Source of the DNA: Candidatus Binatia bacterium
GTDB taxonomy: Bacteria > Desulfobacterota > Binatia > Bin18
Direction of reading: 5' to 3'
Assembly: GCA_963664395.2 (NCBI GenBank)
Contig: OY761159.2
Coordinates: forward strand, 3,040,001 to 3,104,000
DNA: 64,000 bases
Shown: piece by piece, positions 50,547-59,805 of the stretch
Layout of the letters: every line of letters begins with the position of its first letter
Numbering within the stretch: the first letter of the stretch is position 1
Translations under genes and position numbers: made by a program
The notes under the pieces: generated by a model
What the model was told of the DNA's origin: nothing
Database searches by the model: none
The model's input: the letters and a program-made list of their open reading frames with translations, nothing else

Positions 50547-51459
50547 CACGAAGGGGGCCTGTCAGACTTTTACGTGCAAGTTCCACGGCTGGACGTACGC
50601 GCTGGATGGCTCGCTCCGACACATTACTGATGAGCACAATTTCTTCGGTCTCAAGAAAGAGACCCTCGGGATGACGCCGGTCTCAGTAGACACCTGGGAG
50701 GGATTCATCTTTATCAATGTGAACCCTGATCCCTCGCAGACCTTGTCGGAGTACTTGGGGGAAGAACTGCGAACAAGCATCACAGGGTACCCTTTTGAGG
50801 AAATATCGACCAACTGCTTTTCCTGGCACACGGACGTGAATGCCAACTGGAAGGTCGCTAAAGACGCATTCCAGGAAGTGTATCACATTTCCACCCTGCA
50901 CCGCAGGATCATTGGAGATGTGTATGCGAGTCAGTCAAATCCCTATGCCAATGCGCTCGACTTTACCCTCTTTCCCCCACACGGTCGGGTTTCGCTGTCC
51001 GCGAATCCTGACCGGCAGCCAACCGACGTTGAGTCACTGGTACAGGGCTTTGGCTCTACCGTGCTGCAGCAGAACAACAGCGCTTTGGACCCGCTGCCGA
51101 AAGGAGTGAATCCTACCCGGTATCCGCATTGGTCGTTCGACGGTCTTGCTCTTTTTCCTAACTGTCTCATCTACGTTTCGAAGGGGACCTATCTCACGCA
51201 TATTTTTTGGCCAATGGCGGAAAACCGGACGTGCTGGGAAATCCGGACCTACTCGCCCCTGGCCAAAACGCTTGCCGAGCGCTTCGGCCAGGAATACGGC
51301 AAGGTCTCCTTTCGTGACACGTTGTTGGAAGATGCCAGTACGCTGGAGCGAACCCAAACGATGTTGGGGTCAGGAGCGAAGAAGGAAATCGTTCTGCAAG
51401 ATGAGGAGTTGCTGATCCGCCAACACTATAAAGTGACGGAAGACTTTCTCAACGCGTAG
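50542..51459 (+). pseudogene. N-terminally truncated Rieske oxygenase alpha subunit
   Basis: Keeps CKFHGWTY and NWK...EVYHISTLH, but lacks the N-terminal region and a properly spaced first CxH. Confidence 0.78.
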
Positions 51460-51524
51460 CTCTTCGGTCGGATATGGGTGCGGAGGTGGTGACCCCGTCA
51501 TGAGGCGAGGTCACGCAAAGCGGA

Positions 51525-51956
51525 CTATTCCGGCAGCACTTCGCCGGAGCCGCCCATTTCGGCGGGCACATCTTTCTGTTTGACAATACCGTCGTGGATA
51601 CGCAGCACGGTTTCTCCGTAGAAGACGTGCACGCCGGGTTGAAAAGGAAAGTCCGGGATCACGGCAGCATAGACATCCGTCAGGCCCATGCCGGGATGCT
51701 CGGTAAACACGTGACCGCCACAGGTTTTGCACCACTTGCGGTGACTATTATCGGTCTTGGCATAACTCTCGATATTATCTGCTCCCTGGGTGACCTGCAC
51801 TGAAGCGGGCGGCCACAAAGTAAAGGCGTTGACCGGCCCTGCCGACCAATGGCGGCAGGACTCACAGTGGCAGTAGCCCATAGCTGCGGGAGCGCCGCTG
51901 ACCGTTAATTGGACTGCTCCACAAAAACAACTCCCGTTGTAGGTGTTCTCACTCAT
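51525..51956 (-). CDS. GFA (CENP-V) family protein
   Basis: GSCFCGAV, CHCESCR, RKWCKTCG. Confidence 0.92.
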   Translation of the reverse strand: MSENTYNGSCFCGAVQLTVSGAPAAMGYCHCESCRHWSAGPVNAFTLWPPASVQVTQGADNIESYAKTDNSHRKWCKTCGGHVFTEHPGMGLTDVYAAVIPDFPFQPGVHVFYGETVLRIHDGIVKQKDVPAEMGGSGEVLPE

Positions 51957-51996
51957 ACTCGACCTCCTTGGTTGGTTCTCTGTTTATCCCAGATTT

Positions 51997-52061
51997 CCCC
52001 CTCACCCACAGTCGCTCCGCTCCTGTTTCCCTCTCCCTCAGGGAGAGGGGTAGGGTGAGGG
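51997..52061. repeat. Composite REP-like palindrome
   Basis: CCCTCACCC...CCCTCTCCCTCAGGGAGAGGG...GGGTGAGGG. Confidence 0.7.
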
Positions 52062-52241
52062 TGCTTGCTCACCCATTACCTAGCCCCGTGAGATGAACCT
52101 CGCAACCCCGCGCTGTCGCAGCGAACCCCGCATCGGACATCCTACTGCTCTCAAGCCTGTTGCCATATAGGCGGATAAACCTATATGTTGCCGCAGTTCG
52201 GAATGTTGTCTTAGACGCAGCACTATAAGAGAGGGTTATGT

Positions 52242-53966
52242 ATGTATGAGGTAGTCATTCGTGGCGGAAATATTGTTGACGGAACGGGCAAGCCTGCTTT
52301 TACTGGTGACGTGGCAATTGCGGATGGACGCATTGCCGCTGTAGGCAAAGACCTGGGCAGCGCCAAAGAAACGGTTAATGCCGATGGTCTCTTGGTGACC
52401 CCAGCCTGGGTCGATGCGCATACCCATTATGACGGTCAGGTGGCCTGGGACGAACAAATGACCCCGTCACTATGGCACGGCGTTTCGACCGTGGTCATGG
52501 GGAACTGCGGCGTGGGCTTTGCGCCGGCTACGCCAGACCGCCACGATTGGCTGATTGGTTTAATGGAAGGTGTGGAAGACATTCCCGGTCCGTCATTGTC
52601 GGCCGGCCTGCCGTGGGGCTGGCAGAGCTTTGCCGAATACCTCGATGTGCTGGATAAGATGCCACGCACCTTGGACGCTGGCGGTATGATTACGCACGGC
52701 GCGGTGCGGGCCTTTGTCATGGGCGAGCGCGGCGCAAAGAATGAGCCTGCAACGGACGAGGACATCGCCAAGATGGCCGCGGTGGTCAAAGAAGCCGTGT
52801 TGGCTGGGGCGCTGGGCTTTTCGAGTTCGCGGACTCTGGTCCATACGGCCAATGATGGCGAACCTGTACCGGGCACGTTCGCCCATGAAAACGAGTTGAT
52901 TGGTATTGCCCAGGCTGTGCGCTCAACCGGACGCGGCATTCTCGAAATGGTGCCGCGCGGCATTGCCGGTGAAGACCCGGACCTGCTGCAAGAAGTTGAT
53001 ATGATGATTCGGGTCTCCCGGGCGACGGGCTGTCCGCTGACTTTCCTCCTGGCTCAGAACAACACCTATCCCGAACAATGGCGTGAGGTCATGGCCAAAT
53101 GTACCGCCGCGGTTGAAGGTGGCGTCCCGATCACACCGATGGTGTTCGCCCGTCCGGTGTGTGTGCTGTTCAGCTTTCAGGGGGATAATCCATTTGAATA
53201 TCTGCCGAGTTTTCAACCCCTGAAAAAACTGTCTCATGACGAAAAGATGGCTGCGCTGCATAATCCTGAGCTGCGCCACAAGCTGGTGACGGAACAGGAC
53301 CCCAACACGACCGGCATGTCCCTGCTGTATCAGAATGAGCGGGTCTGGGAGCGGACCTATCCCATGGGTGAAGAGCTGAGCTATGAGCCGAGTGCCGACA
53401 AGAGCATTGCCGCCCTTGCCGCCCGCGAAGGCCGCCGCCCGCGCGAGGTGGTCTATGACCTGATGCTCGAACAAAACGGCCGGGCCTTTTTGATGTATGC
53501 CGCGGCCGGCTATGCGGATGGCAACGCCGACCCGCTCCACGAGCTGATCTGTGACCCCATTACGGTCATGGGCGGCAGCGATGCCGGTGCGCACGTGCGT
53601 CAGATTATTGACGCGGGTGTCCCGACCTATGCGTTGACCCACTGGGTGCGTGACAAAGCCGATGACGATCCCAAGCACTTGCCGCTTGAGTTTGTGGTCA
53701 AGAAACTCACCCACGATGGCGCGCGTTTGTTTGGCATGAAAGACCGTGGCACGCTTGAGCCGGGGGCCAAGGCTGATGTGAACCTGATTGATTATGCCAC
53801 TCTGAGCGTCAGTCATCCCGAGATGATCTACGATTTGCCGGCTGGTATGCCGCGCTTGATGCAGACCGCTCAAGGCTACGAGAAAACCTATGTAAGCGGG
53901 GAAGTCGTTCAAGAAAACGGAAAAGACACGGGCGCACGGCCAGGCCGTATTGTCCGCAGTGCGTAA
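52242..53966 (+). CDS. N-acyl-D-amino-acid deacylase family amidohydrolase
   Basis: VDAHTHYDGQ, VVMGNCGVGFAP, GSDAGAH, GARPG. Confidence 0.9.
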   Translation: MYEVVIRGGNIVDGTGKPAFTGDVAIADGRIAAVGKDLGSAKETVNADGLLVTPAWVDAHTHYDGQVAWDEQMTPSLWHGVSTVVMGNCGVGFAPATPDRHDWLIGLMEGVEDIPGPSLSAGLPWGWQSFAEYLDVLDKMPRTLDAGGMITHGAVRAFVMGERGAKNEPATDEDIAKMAAVVKEAVLAGALGFSSSRTLVHTANDGEPVPGTFAHENELIGIAQAVRSTGRGILEMVPRGIAGEDPDLLQEVDMMIRVSRATGCPLTFLLAQNNTYPEQWREVMAKCTAAVEGGVPITPMVFARPVCVLFSFQGDNPFEYLPSFQPLKKLSHDEKMAALHNPELRHKLVTEQDPNTTGMSLLYQNERVWERTYPMGEELSYEPSADKSIAALAAREGRRPREVVYDLMLEQNGRAFLMYAAAGYADGNADPLHELICDPITVMGGSDAGAHVRQIIDAGVPTYALTHWVRDKADDDPKHLPLEFVVKKLTHDGARLFGMKDRGTLEPGAKADVNLIDYATLSVSHPEMIYDLPAGMPRLMQTAQGYEKTYVSGEVVQENGKDTGARPGRIVRSA

Positions 53967-53987
53967 CGCGCTTTTTCTGCTGATGAC

Positions 53988-54024
53988 GGCAGCGGGCATT
54001 ATTCTTGATGCCCGCTGCCTTTTC
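53988..54024 (+). terminator. Intrinsic terminator
   Basis: GGCAGCGGGCAT...ATGCCCGCTGCC followed by TTTT. Confidence 0.8.
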
Positions 54025-54080
54025 CCTTCCCGAGCCGACAACTCCCATCTCAGCAGTATGCGCAATAAGGAGGGCACCGC

Positions 54081-54956
54081 ATGGATATTGGTATCCTTGT
54101 ACCGGCAACAGTAGAGACGCAGGACATAACTGGAATCGCCCAACGGGTCGAAGGCTTGGGCTTCGAATCCCTCTGGATCCCCGAACACCCAGTGATTCCC
54201 GTAGGTTTTCAAACCGAGGTGCCTGGGGGTGGGACCCTGCCTGAGCACTACAACCGTTGGGCCGACCCGTTTATTGCGCTGACGATGGCCGCCGCTGCCA
54301 CCACCACGCTCAAGCTGGCCACCGGTATTTGTTTATTCCCGGAGCGCGAGCCGCTCATCACCGCAAAAGTGATCGCTACCCTCGATCTCTATTCCGGCGG
54401 CCGGACCATTATTGGAGTCGGGGCCGGCTGGCTACGCGAAGAAACCGAGGTCATGGGTACCAACTTCCGGCTGCGCTGGCGGCGCTTGCGCGAAACAACC
54501 GAGGCGCTGCGCATCTGCTGGACCGAGAAAGAGCCCAGCTATCAAGGCGAAATGGTCCAGTTCCCGCCCGTGTTCTGCGATCCCAAGCCAGTCCAAAAGG
54601 CCGGCCCGCCCATCTTCTTGGGCGGCCATGTACCCAAGGCGCTGGAGCGGGTCGCCCGGACCTACGATGGCTGGTGTCCGCTCGCGTTTGACCCTGAGGA
54701 CTATAAAACGAAGGTGGCATCGATACGCACCATGGCCAAAGAATTCGGACGGGACCCGGACGCGTTGCAGATGTCGGCCTTTATTGATCCCAAAGACGGT
54801 GCCCTGTCGGCCGATGAGATGAAAGCCTATCGCGATGCCGGCGCCAGCCGGATCGTGCTCTTCTCTCAGCCCTTTGCACAAGCGATTGCGACCGGCCAAG
54901 TCACGGCGTGCATAGACAGCGTCGCACCTGTTGTGGAGGCGGCTCAGGGAGTATAG
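54081..54956 (+). CDS. LLM class F420-dependent oxidoreductase
   Basis: GFESLWIPEH, DPFIAL, GVGAGWLREE, PKPVQ...PPIFLGG. Confidence 0.9.
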   Translation: MDIGILVPATVETQDITGIAQRVEGLGFESLWIPEHPVIPVGFQTEVPGGGTLPEHYNRWADPFIALTMAAAATTTLKLATGICLFPEREPLITAKVIATLDLYSGGRTIIGVGAGWLREETEVMGTNFRLRWRRLRETTEALRICWTEKEPSYQGEMVQFPPVFCDPKPVQKAGPPIFLGGHVPKALERVARTYDGWCPLAFDPEDYKTKVASIRTMAKEFGRDPDALQMSAFIDPKDGALSADEMKAYRDAGASRIVLFSQPFAQAIATGQVTACIDSVAPVVEAAQGV

Positions 54957-55040
54957 GTCTGGCCTCCTCTCCCGCTGGCGGGCGAGGGAATAGCTGTACA
55001 AAATACATTGATCGTATCGACCGAAGTAAGGAGTTTCAGC

Positions 55041-56441
55041 ATGTTCGGGCCGTGTCGTTTTTCAGTCTCTCTTCCGCTGGTGAGTCTTTCTCTTACCGCT
55101 CTCCTACTGGCGAGTTCTGCTGCGTGGGCCGGCCCGAATATCAAAATTTTGGACAACCCCATACGGATGCAGTTTTCCAGTTTTTCGACCTCGCTGGCCA
55201 TGCTGGGCGATGTGACGGGTGATGGCATCCCGGATTATCTCGTCGGCGCGTATGACCAACCCTATGCCAAGGACGGTATGACCGGCAAGGAGCTTGGGTT
55301 CGGCGGTACTGAAAAGGTTGGCCAGAATGTTGACCATCAGGGCCGGGCCTTTGTCTTTGACGGCCAGACGGCCAAGCTGCTCTACACCCTCGATCATCCG
55401 TTTCCGCAAAAATCCGCGGCGTTTGCCTGCTCGGTGGCCGCGGTTGGAGATGTGAATCAGGACGCTATACCGGATTTATTGATTGGTGCCTTTGGCCAGA
55501 ATAAGAGTGGCCAAGCCTATGTCTTCAGCGGTACGGACGGGGCATATTTGCTGACTCTCAAACCCCCTCAGCCTCAGTCCGGCGCAGGATTTGGTTGGTC
55601 GGTGGACGGCATTGGCGATGTCACCGGCGACGGGACCCCCGAGTTGGTAGTGGGTGCCTACAATCAAGACGGAGAGGGAAGGGCGTTTGTCTACAGTGGT
55701 CAAGACGGCCGGCTGGTGTATACGCTTGCTCCTCCCACCGACCGGGGTGGCTCTGCGTTTGGCTGGTTTGTGCACTCAGCCGGGGACCTCAATCAAGACG
55801 GAGTGCCGGATATCGCTGTGGGTGCTCCCTACACAACTGTCGGCAAGCTGAGTGTCCAAGGGCGCGCGTATATCTATAGCGGCGCAGATGGCCAGTTATT
55901 GCTTACGATCGACAACCCGGAGCCACAAGAAGGATCGACCTTTGGCTGGCGGGTGGTCAGCGCTGGGGATCTGAATAAAGACGGGACGCCCGACCTGCTG
56001 ATCGGCGCGCCCCATCATGATGTTGGGGCCTATTTGGGCCAGGGCGTTGCCTACGCTATCAGCGGGAAAGACGGTTCCGTTATCTATACCCTCAAGGACC
56101 CGTTTCCGCGCAAATATGCCGGCTTTGGCTGGGCGCTGGCCACCAGCATGGACGTGAATGCCGACGATATACCTGAAATCCTCGTTGGCGCTCCGTTTCA
56201 GGCTGTGGATGCGTTCGATATTCAAGGCGAGGTCTTTGTCTATAACGGGCGTGACGGCCGGCATCTGATGACGCTCGACAATCCGTGGGGGCATCAGGGC
56301 TCAAAATTCGGCTACACCGTTCTCTCGCCGGGCGATCTGAATCAGGACGGCATCCCGGAGTTTGCCATGAGCACACCCGGTCAGCACATCAGGGGTGAGG
56401 TCAACGTCGGGCGCGTGTATCTTTTTGAGTCCAAGCGTTAG
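55041..56441 (+). CDS. Secreted FG-GAP (integrin alpha-like) repeat protein
   Basis: Signal peptide; seven GD[V/L][N/T]xDGxPD..VGA-type repeats with FG motifs. Confidence 0.9.
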   Translation: MFGPCRFSVSLPLVSLSLTALLLASSAAWAGPNIKILDNPIRMQFSSFSTSLAMLGDVTGDGIPDYLVGAYDQPYAKDGMTGKELGFGGTEKVGQNVDHQGRAFVFDGQTAKLLYTLDHPFPQKSAAFACSVAAVGDVNQDAIPDLLIGAFGQNKSGQAYVFSGTDGAYLLTLKPPQPQSGAGFGWSVDGIGDVTGDGTPELVVGAYNQDGEGRAFVYSGQDGRLVYTLAPPTDRGGSAFGWFVHSAGDLNQDGVPDIAVGAPYTTVGKLSVQGRAYIYSGADGQLLLTIDNPEPQEGSTFGWRVVSAGDLNKDGTPDLLIGAPHHDVGAYLGQGVAYAISGKDGSVIYTLKDPFPRKYAGFGWALATSMDVNADDIPEILVGAPFQAVDAFDIQGEVFVYNGRDGRHLMTLDNPWGHQGSKFGYTVLSPGDLNQDGIPEFAMSTPGQHIRGEVNVGRVYLFESKR

Positions 56442-56461
56442 GCGGGGTAAATCGAACGCGT

Positions 56462-56490
56462 GACAGCAGGGGTCATACGTCCCTGCTGTC
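56462..56490. terminator. Hairpin between convergent genes
   Basis: GACAGCAGGG...CCCTGCTGTC. Confidence 0.55.
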
Positions 56491-56518
56491 GAACTTGCTC
56501 AAATTTGCTCAACCTAGC

Positions 56519-57475
56519 TCAACTTGTTAAGCGTGCCTCCTTGTCTAAAGTTCCTGGCAGTACGCCTATCCATACTGGTCTCTCGGCGTCGCCGCCTTGA
56601 AATAGAAGCCAGACTGTTTCTCCAATACTTGGGAGCGTCTCAGCTCCCGGCGGCAGACACGGGACCGCCCAGCCAGTCACGCCTGGGACCTCAAAGACCT
56701 CGACCTGTAGCCGAAGCCGCTTTTCTGGGTCGCGATTTTCTTTCACCATACCCTGATAAACGCCAGCATAACGACCCAATGGGCCATATTCGTATAGCAC
56801 CCGCATATGCCCATGCATCCCACCGACTGAGGGCTCAACCCCCTCGATCCTGATAAATCCGGGCCAAGGGCTTGTTCCGTCACCAACGACTATGAAACGA
56901 GGCCACCCGTTTATGCGCGCCGTTTCGACCATTGGTGACCTAGGATCATCGAATGTGTACCCGGAAAAATTGCCGCTAAACCCATGGTCCTGAAGCAACA
57001 GGCCGAACGGGGGATTGGCCGCGAACGCTCCTCCATAAAGCCACTGGTATGTGGCGTGTGCTTCTGCACCTACCAGCAACAGCGCAATACGCACCGCGCC
57101 ATAATCATCGCCATACTCCGAATTGCGCTCATAGACACAAAGATGGCAGGCGGCATCTGGTTGGGTTCCTGGAATCTCTTGCGGTAGGTCTCGCTCAAAG
57201 ATGACATCATATCCTCTGATGTAAAAATCACTTCCCTCGTAGGACCCCGGAGCGAGTTCCTGGCGAATCTGGTCCGCACGATAGTCCTGATCGATGCAAA
57301 CGAAGCAATGGGTACTATGGCTCCGGTTGAATATCTCAATTGCGTGACCATCGCGTCCAGTGCCAGGATAGACCACCGTTCGGCTCGCGAAGAAGTTGGC
57401 CAAACTGAAGGCGTCACCGGTAAGCCACTTTGGGACATCCTCCTGATACTGCGAAAGATACTCAAACATCTGCAT
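56519..57475 (-). CDS. Hypothetical protein with C-terminal Gp5/VgrG OB-fold (baseplate assembly protein V-like) domain
   Basis: C-terminus: GVYQGMVKENRDPEKRLRLQV...WAVPC...LPSIGETVWLLFQGGDAERPVWIG. Confidence 0.72.
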   Translation of the reverse strand: MQMFEYLSQYQEDVPKWLTGDAFSLANFFASRTVVYPGTGRDGHAIEIFNRSHSTHCFVCIDQDYRADQIRQELAPGSYEGSDFYIRGYDVIFERDLPQEIPGTQPDAACHLCVYERNSEYGDDYGAVRIALLLVGAEAHATYQWLYGGAFAANPPFGLLLQDHGFSGNFSGYTFDDPRSPMVETARINGWPRFIVVGDGTSPWPGFIRIEGVEPSVGGMHGHMRVLYEYGPLGRYAGVYQGMVKENRDPEKRLRLQVEVFEVPGVTGWAVPCLPPGAETLPSIGETVWLLFQGGDAERPVWIGVLPGTLDKEARLTS

Positions 57476-57535
57476 GCCCAGACCCCCTGCTTTTCATGAA
57501 TATGACGCGCTTCCGCTTCCATTCCACTTTGGAGA

Positions 57536-58027
57536 CTATATCAGGAACGACATATTCGGCAGCGGCTCGGCGGCGTTGACTAAGACGACTTTTTTGCGAC
57601 TCATCTTGAGCTCGCCGTCAACCCACCGAAGGGTATGCGCCGTACGTCCGGCCCACAGATGGGTTTCGTGTTTGGCTTGAATCGAGAGCTCGACCAAAAG
57701 GAAATTCGAGCCGACAACGAATTCATCGCGCTCGTTTTTCTCGACCTCGATATTGGAGATCAGCCGGCGCATGGACGAGGCCGGTTCCTGGCTGTAGCGA
57801 TGGCCGCTTTGCAGGAGTTTGATGCGCGTGGCAATCCGCTGTCGGTTGTCGTAGATGTGCGAAATATGGGTGTTGGGATCAACCTCGGGGTCGGTTGTCG
57901 CCGGCACCCAGTACACGGCGTCGTCCGTCCACAAGGCTTCCCAGTCCGCATAGCGCGCTTCATCCGCGAAACGTGCTTCTTTGTACAGGAATGCCTCAAC
58001 AGCTCTATACTCGGTGTCGGACACCAT
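57536..58027 (-). CDS. Aromatic ring-hydroxylating dioxygenase beta subunit
   Basis: FLYKEARFADE, YWVP, IYDNR, RRLISN, KKVVLVN. Confidence 0.9.
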   Translation of the reverse strand: MVSDTEYRAVEAFLYKEARFADEARYADWEALWTDDAVYWVPATTDPEVDPNTHISHIYDNRQRIATRIKLLQSGHRYSQEPASSMRRLISNIEVEKNERDEFVVGSNFLLVELSIQAKHETHLWAGRTAHTLRWVDGELKMSRKKVVLVNAAEPLPNMSFLI

Positions 58028-58032
58028 AGCTG

Positions 58033-59304
58033 CTAGGCCTGGCCGTTTTGCATCACGCCGCGATAGTGAAACCAAAACGCCCGATTTGTTGTCTCGTCGG
58101 TCATATGCCCGACGCGCTGCTGTTGGCTATCAACATACTCACGGTTCAGACCGCGACTCAGCTCCAGCCACTCGGCGTTCCGCGTGACTAATCCGACCTG
58201 GTTGCGACTCGCAATCGTTACGTCTTCGGGCAATAAGAATGACCCCGGCCCCATTGCCGCTTCGCTCTGCCGCAATAAGCGCTTGTTGAACTCGGGCACG
58301 CCCTTGAGAAATAGGGGAGTGTGCCACTGGACACATTCGTCAACGCTGACGGGCTGCATGATGGCGATATTCATCTCGGCCAAAAAGAGATTGGGAAAAA
58401 TAAAGGCGTGCGGCGGGCCGTCGAAAACCCGGCGCTGTATTTCCTCTTTGCCATAGCTGTGCTCCATGGCCGTCAGATAGGATGCGGCCAGACCCTCCGA
58501 GACGCCGCCGAACCACTCGAACGGTTGTTGGTAGGCCGGGACAAAATCGATTTCCGTGTGTCCCTGCCCCCAGTCGCGCAGGACGGACTTGATGCTTTTT
58601 TCCTCACCAACAAAGCGCCGATACTGCGAGCCGACCGCTTTCAATATGGAACGATGCACAAAGCCGAGATGATAGCCGTCCGTGTCGTTTTCGGGCAGCA
58701 TTTTCCAGTTGGACGGGTAGCGATGCTTGATCCAGCCGGCGCCCAGTTCGATCTCGCCCTCCAGCGAGAGATCACAGGCCCGGTCGATCAATTGCGCCGC
58801 CGTGCCAAGATGGTCGGCCAGCGAGATACCGTTCGGACTCAGGCTGACGAACACAAAACCCCGATAGCTCTCCAGCCGCGGCACGCGCGTCAGCCCGTGC
58901 GCCTTTTTATCAAAAGACTCGCCATAGCCGGCCGGGTAGGGGACGCCCTGCAAAGCGCCACTCAGGTCATAACTCCAGCCATGATAGGGACAGGTAAACG
59001 TACGGGCGTGGCCGCGCTCCGCCGGGCAGACGGTCGTGCCACGATGCGCGCAGCGGTTGAGGAGGGCCGATATATTGTTATCGGTGCCGCGCACCAGGAT
59101 GACCGACTGGGTGCCGACCCGGCGAGTAATAAAGTCTCCCGGCCGGGGGATTTCACTCTCGTGACCAATGAACACCCAGCCGTGGTAGAAAATTTTTTCC
59201 AACTCATCGGTAAAAATATGCGGGTCGGTGTACAGCGACCTGTGGACCCGCTCGTTTTGGACAAGGGTGTCGTACTGGATCGGATCAATGGCAGTCTGTT
59301 GCAT
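58033..59304 (-). CDS. Rieske aromatic ring-hydroxylating oxygenase alpha subunit
   Basis: NRCAHRG...CPYHGW Rieske motif; NWK..ENDTDGYHLGFVH. Confidence 0.93.
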   Translation of the reverse strand: MQQTAIDPIQYDTLVQNERVHRSLYTDPHIFTDELEKIFYHGWVFIGHESEIPRPGDFITRRVGTQSVILVRGTDNNISALLNRCAHRGTTVCPAERGHARTFTCPYHGWSYDLSGALQGVPYPAGYGESFDKKAHGLTRVPRLESYRGFVFVSLSPNGISLADHLGTAAQLIDRACDLSLEGEIELGAGWIKHRYPSNWKMLPENDTDGYHLGFVHRSILKAVGSQYRRFVGEEKSIKSVLRDWGQGHTEIDFVPAYQQPFEWFGGVSEGLAASYLTAMEHSYGKEEIQRRVFDGPPHAFIFPNLFLAEMNIAIMQPVSVDECVQWHTPLFLKGVPEFNKRLLRQSEAAMGPGSFLLPEDVTIASRNQVGLVTRNAEWLELSRGLNREYVDSQQQRVGHMTDETTNRAFWFHYRGVMQNGQA

Positions 59305-59367
59305 ACGAATCCCTCCGGTTCCGTTATGTCGCTCCTCTATCGTTTTGTAAGCGTGCATTGGTCAAAC

Positions 59368-59787
59368 TCAAACATGAGCCGAGGCTTGAGGAATATGGTG
59401 CTCTCCCCGCTCGCCGATCACGATACGAACCGGCATGCCGATCTCAACAGTGGACGGGTCAATATCAACGATGTTCGTTGTGATCTCCGGACCTTCTTCT
59501 AAGGTCACGACGGCGACTACGTACGGAATGATCTCTTTGAAATACGGATGATACGGCTTGTCGAAAACAATAAAAGTGCGAATTGTACCCCGGTCTGAGG
59601 CTGGCACCCAGGAGAGCGAACTCGCATGAGCTCCGCACTGCAGGCACGCCTGCGTACGCGCGTAGTACGCTCCACAGATACAGCGAGCGAGCCTGAACTC
59701 ACCGCTATCAATGGCATCCCAGAACGGCTGGTCTTCTACCGGAACAATGCGGCGGGGCGGGGCTGACGTGGGCTGGTTATCTCGCAT
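59368..59787 (-). CDS. DUF35 Zn-ribbon/OB-fold protein (ChsH2-like)
   Basis: PFWDA, CxC...CxxC, PYVVAVVTLEEG, IGMPV. Confidence 0.9.
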   Translation of the reverse strand: MRDNQPTSAPPRRIVPVEDQPFWDAIDSGEFRLARCICGAYYARTQACLQCGAHASSLSWVPASDRGTIRTFIVFDKPYHPYFKEIIPYVVAVVTLEEGPEITTNIVDIDPSTVEIGMPVRIVIGERGEHHIPQASAHV

Positions 59788-59805
59788 TTCTTTTATCTCC
59801 CGAAT

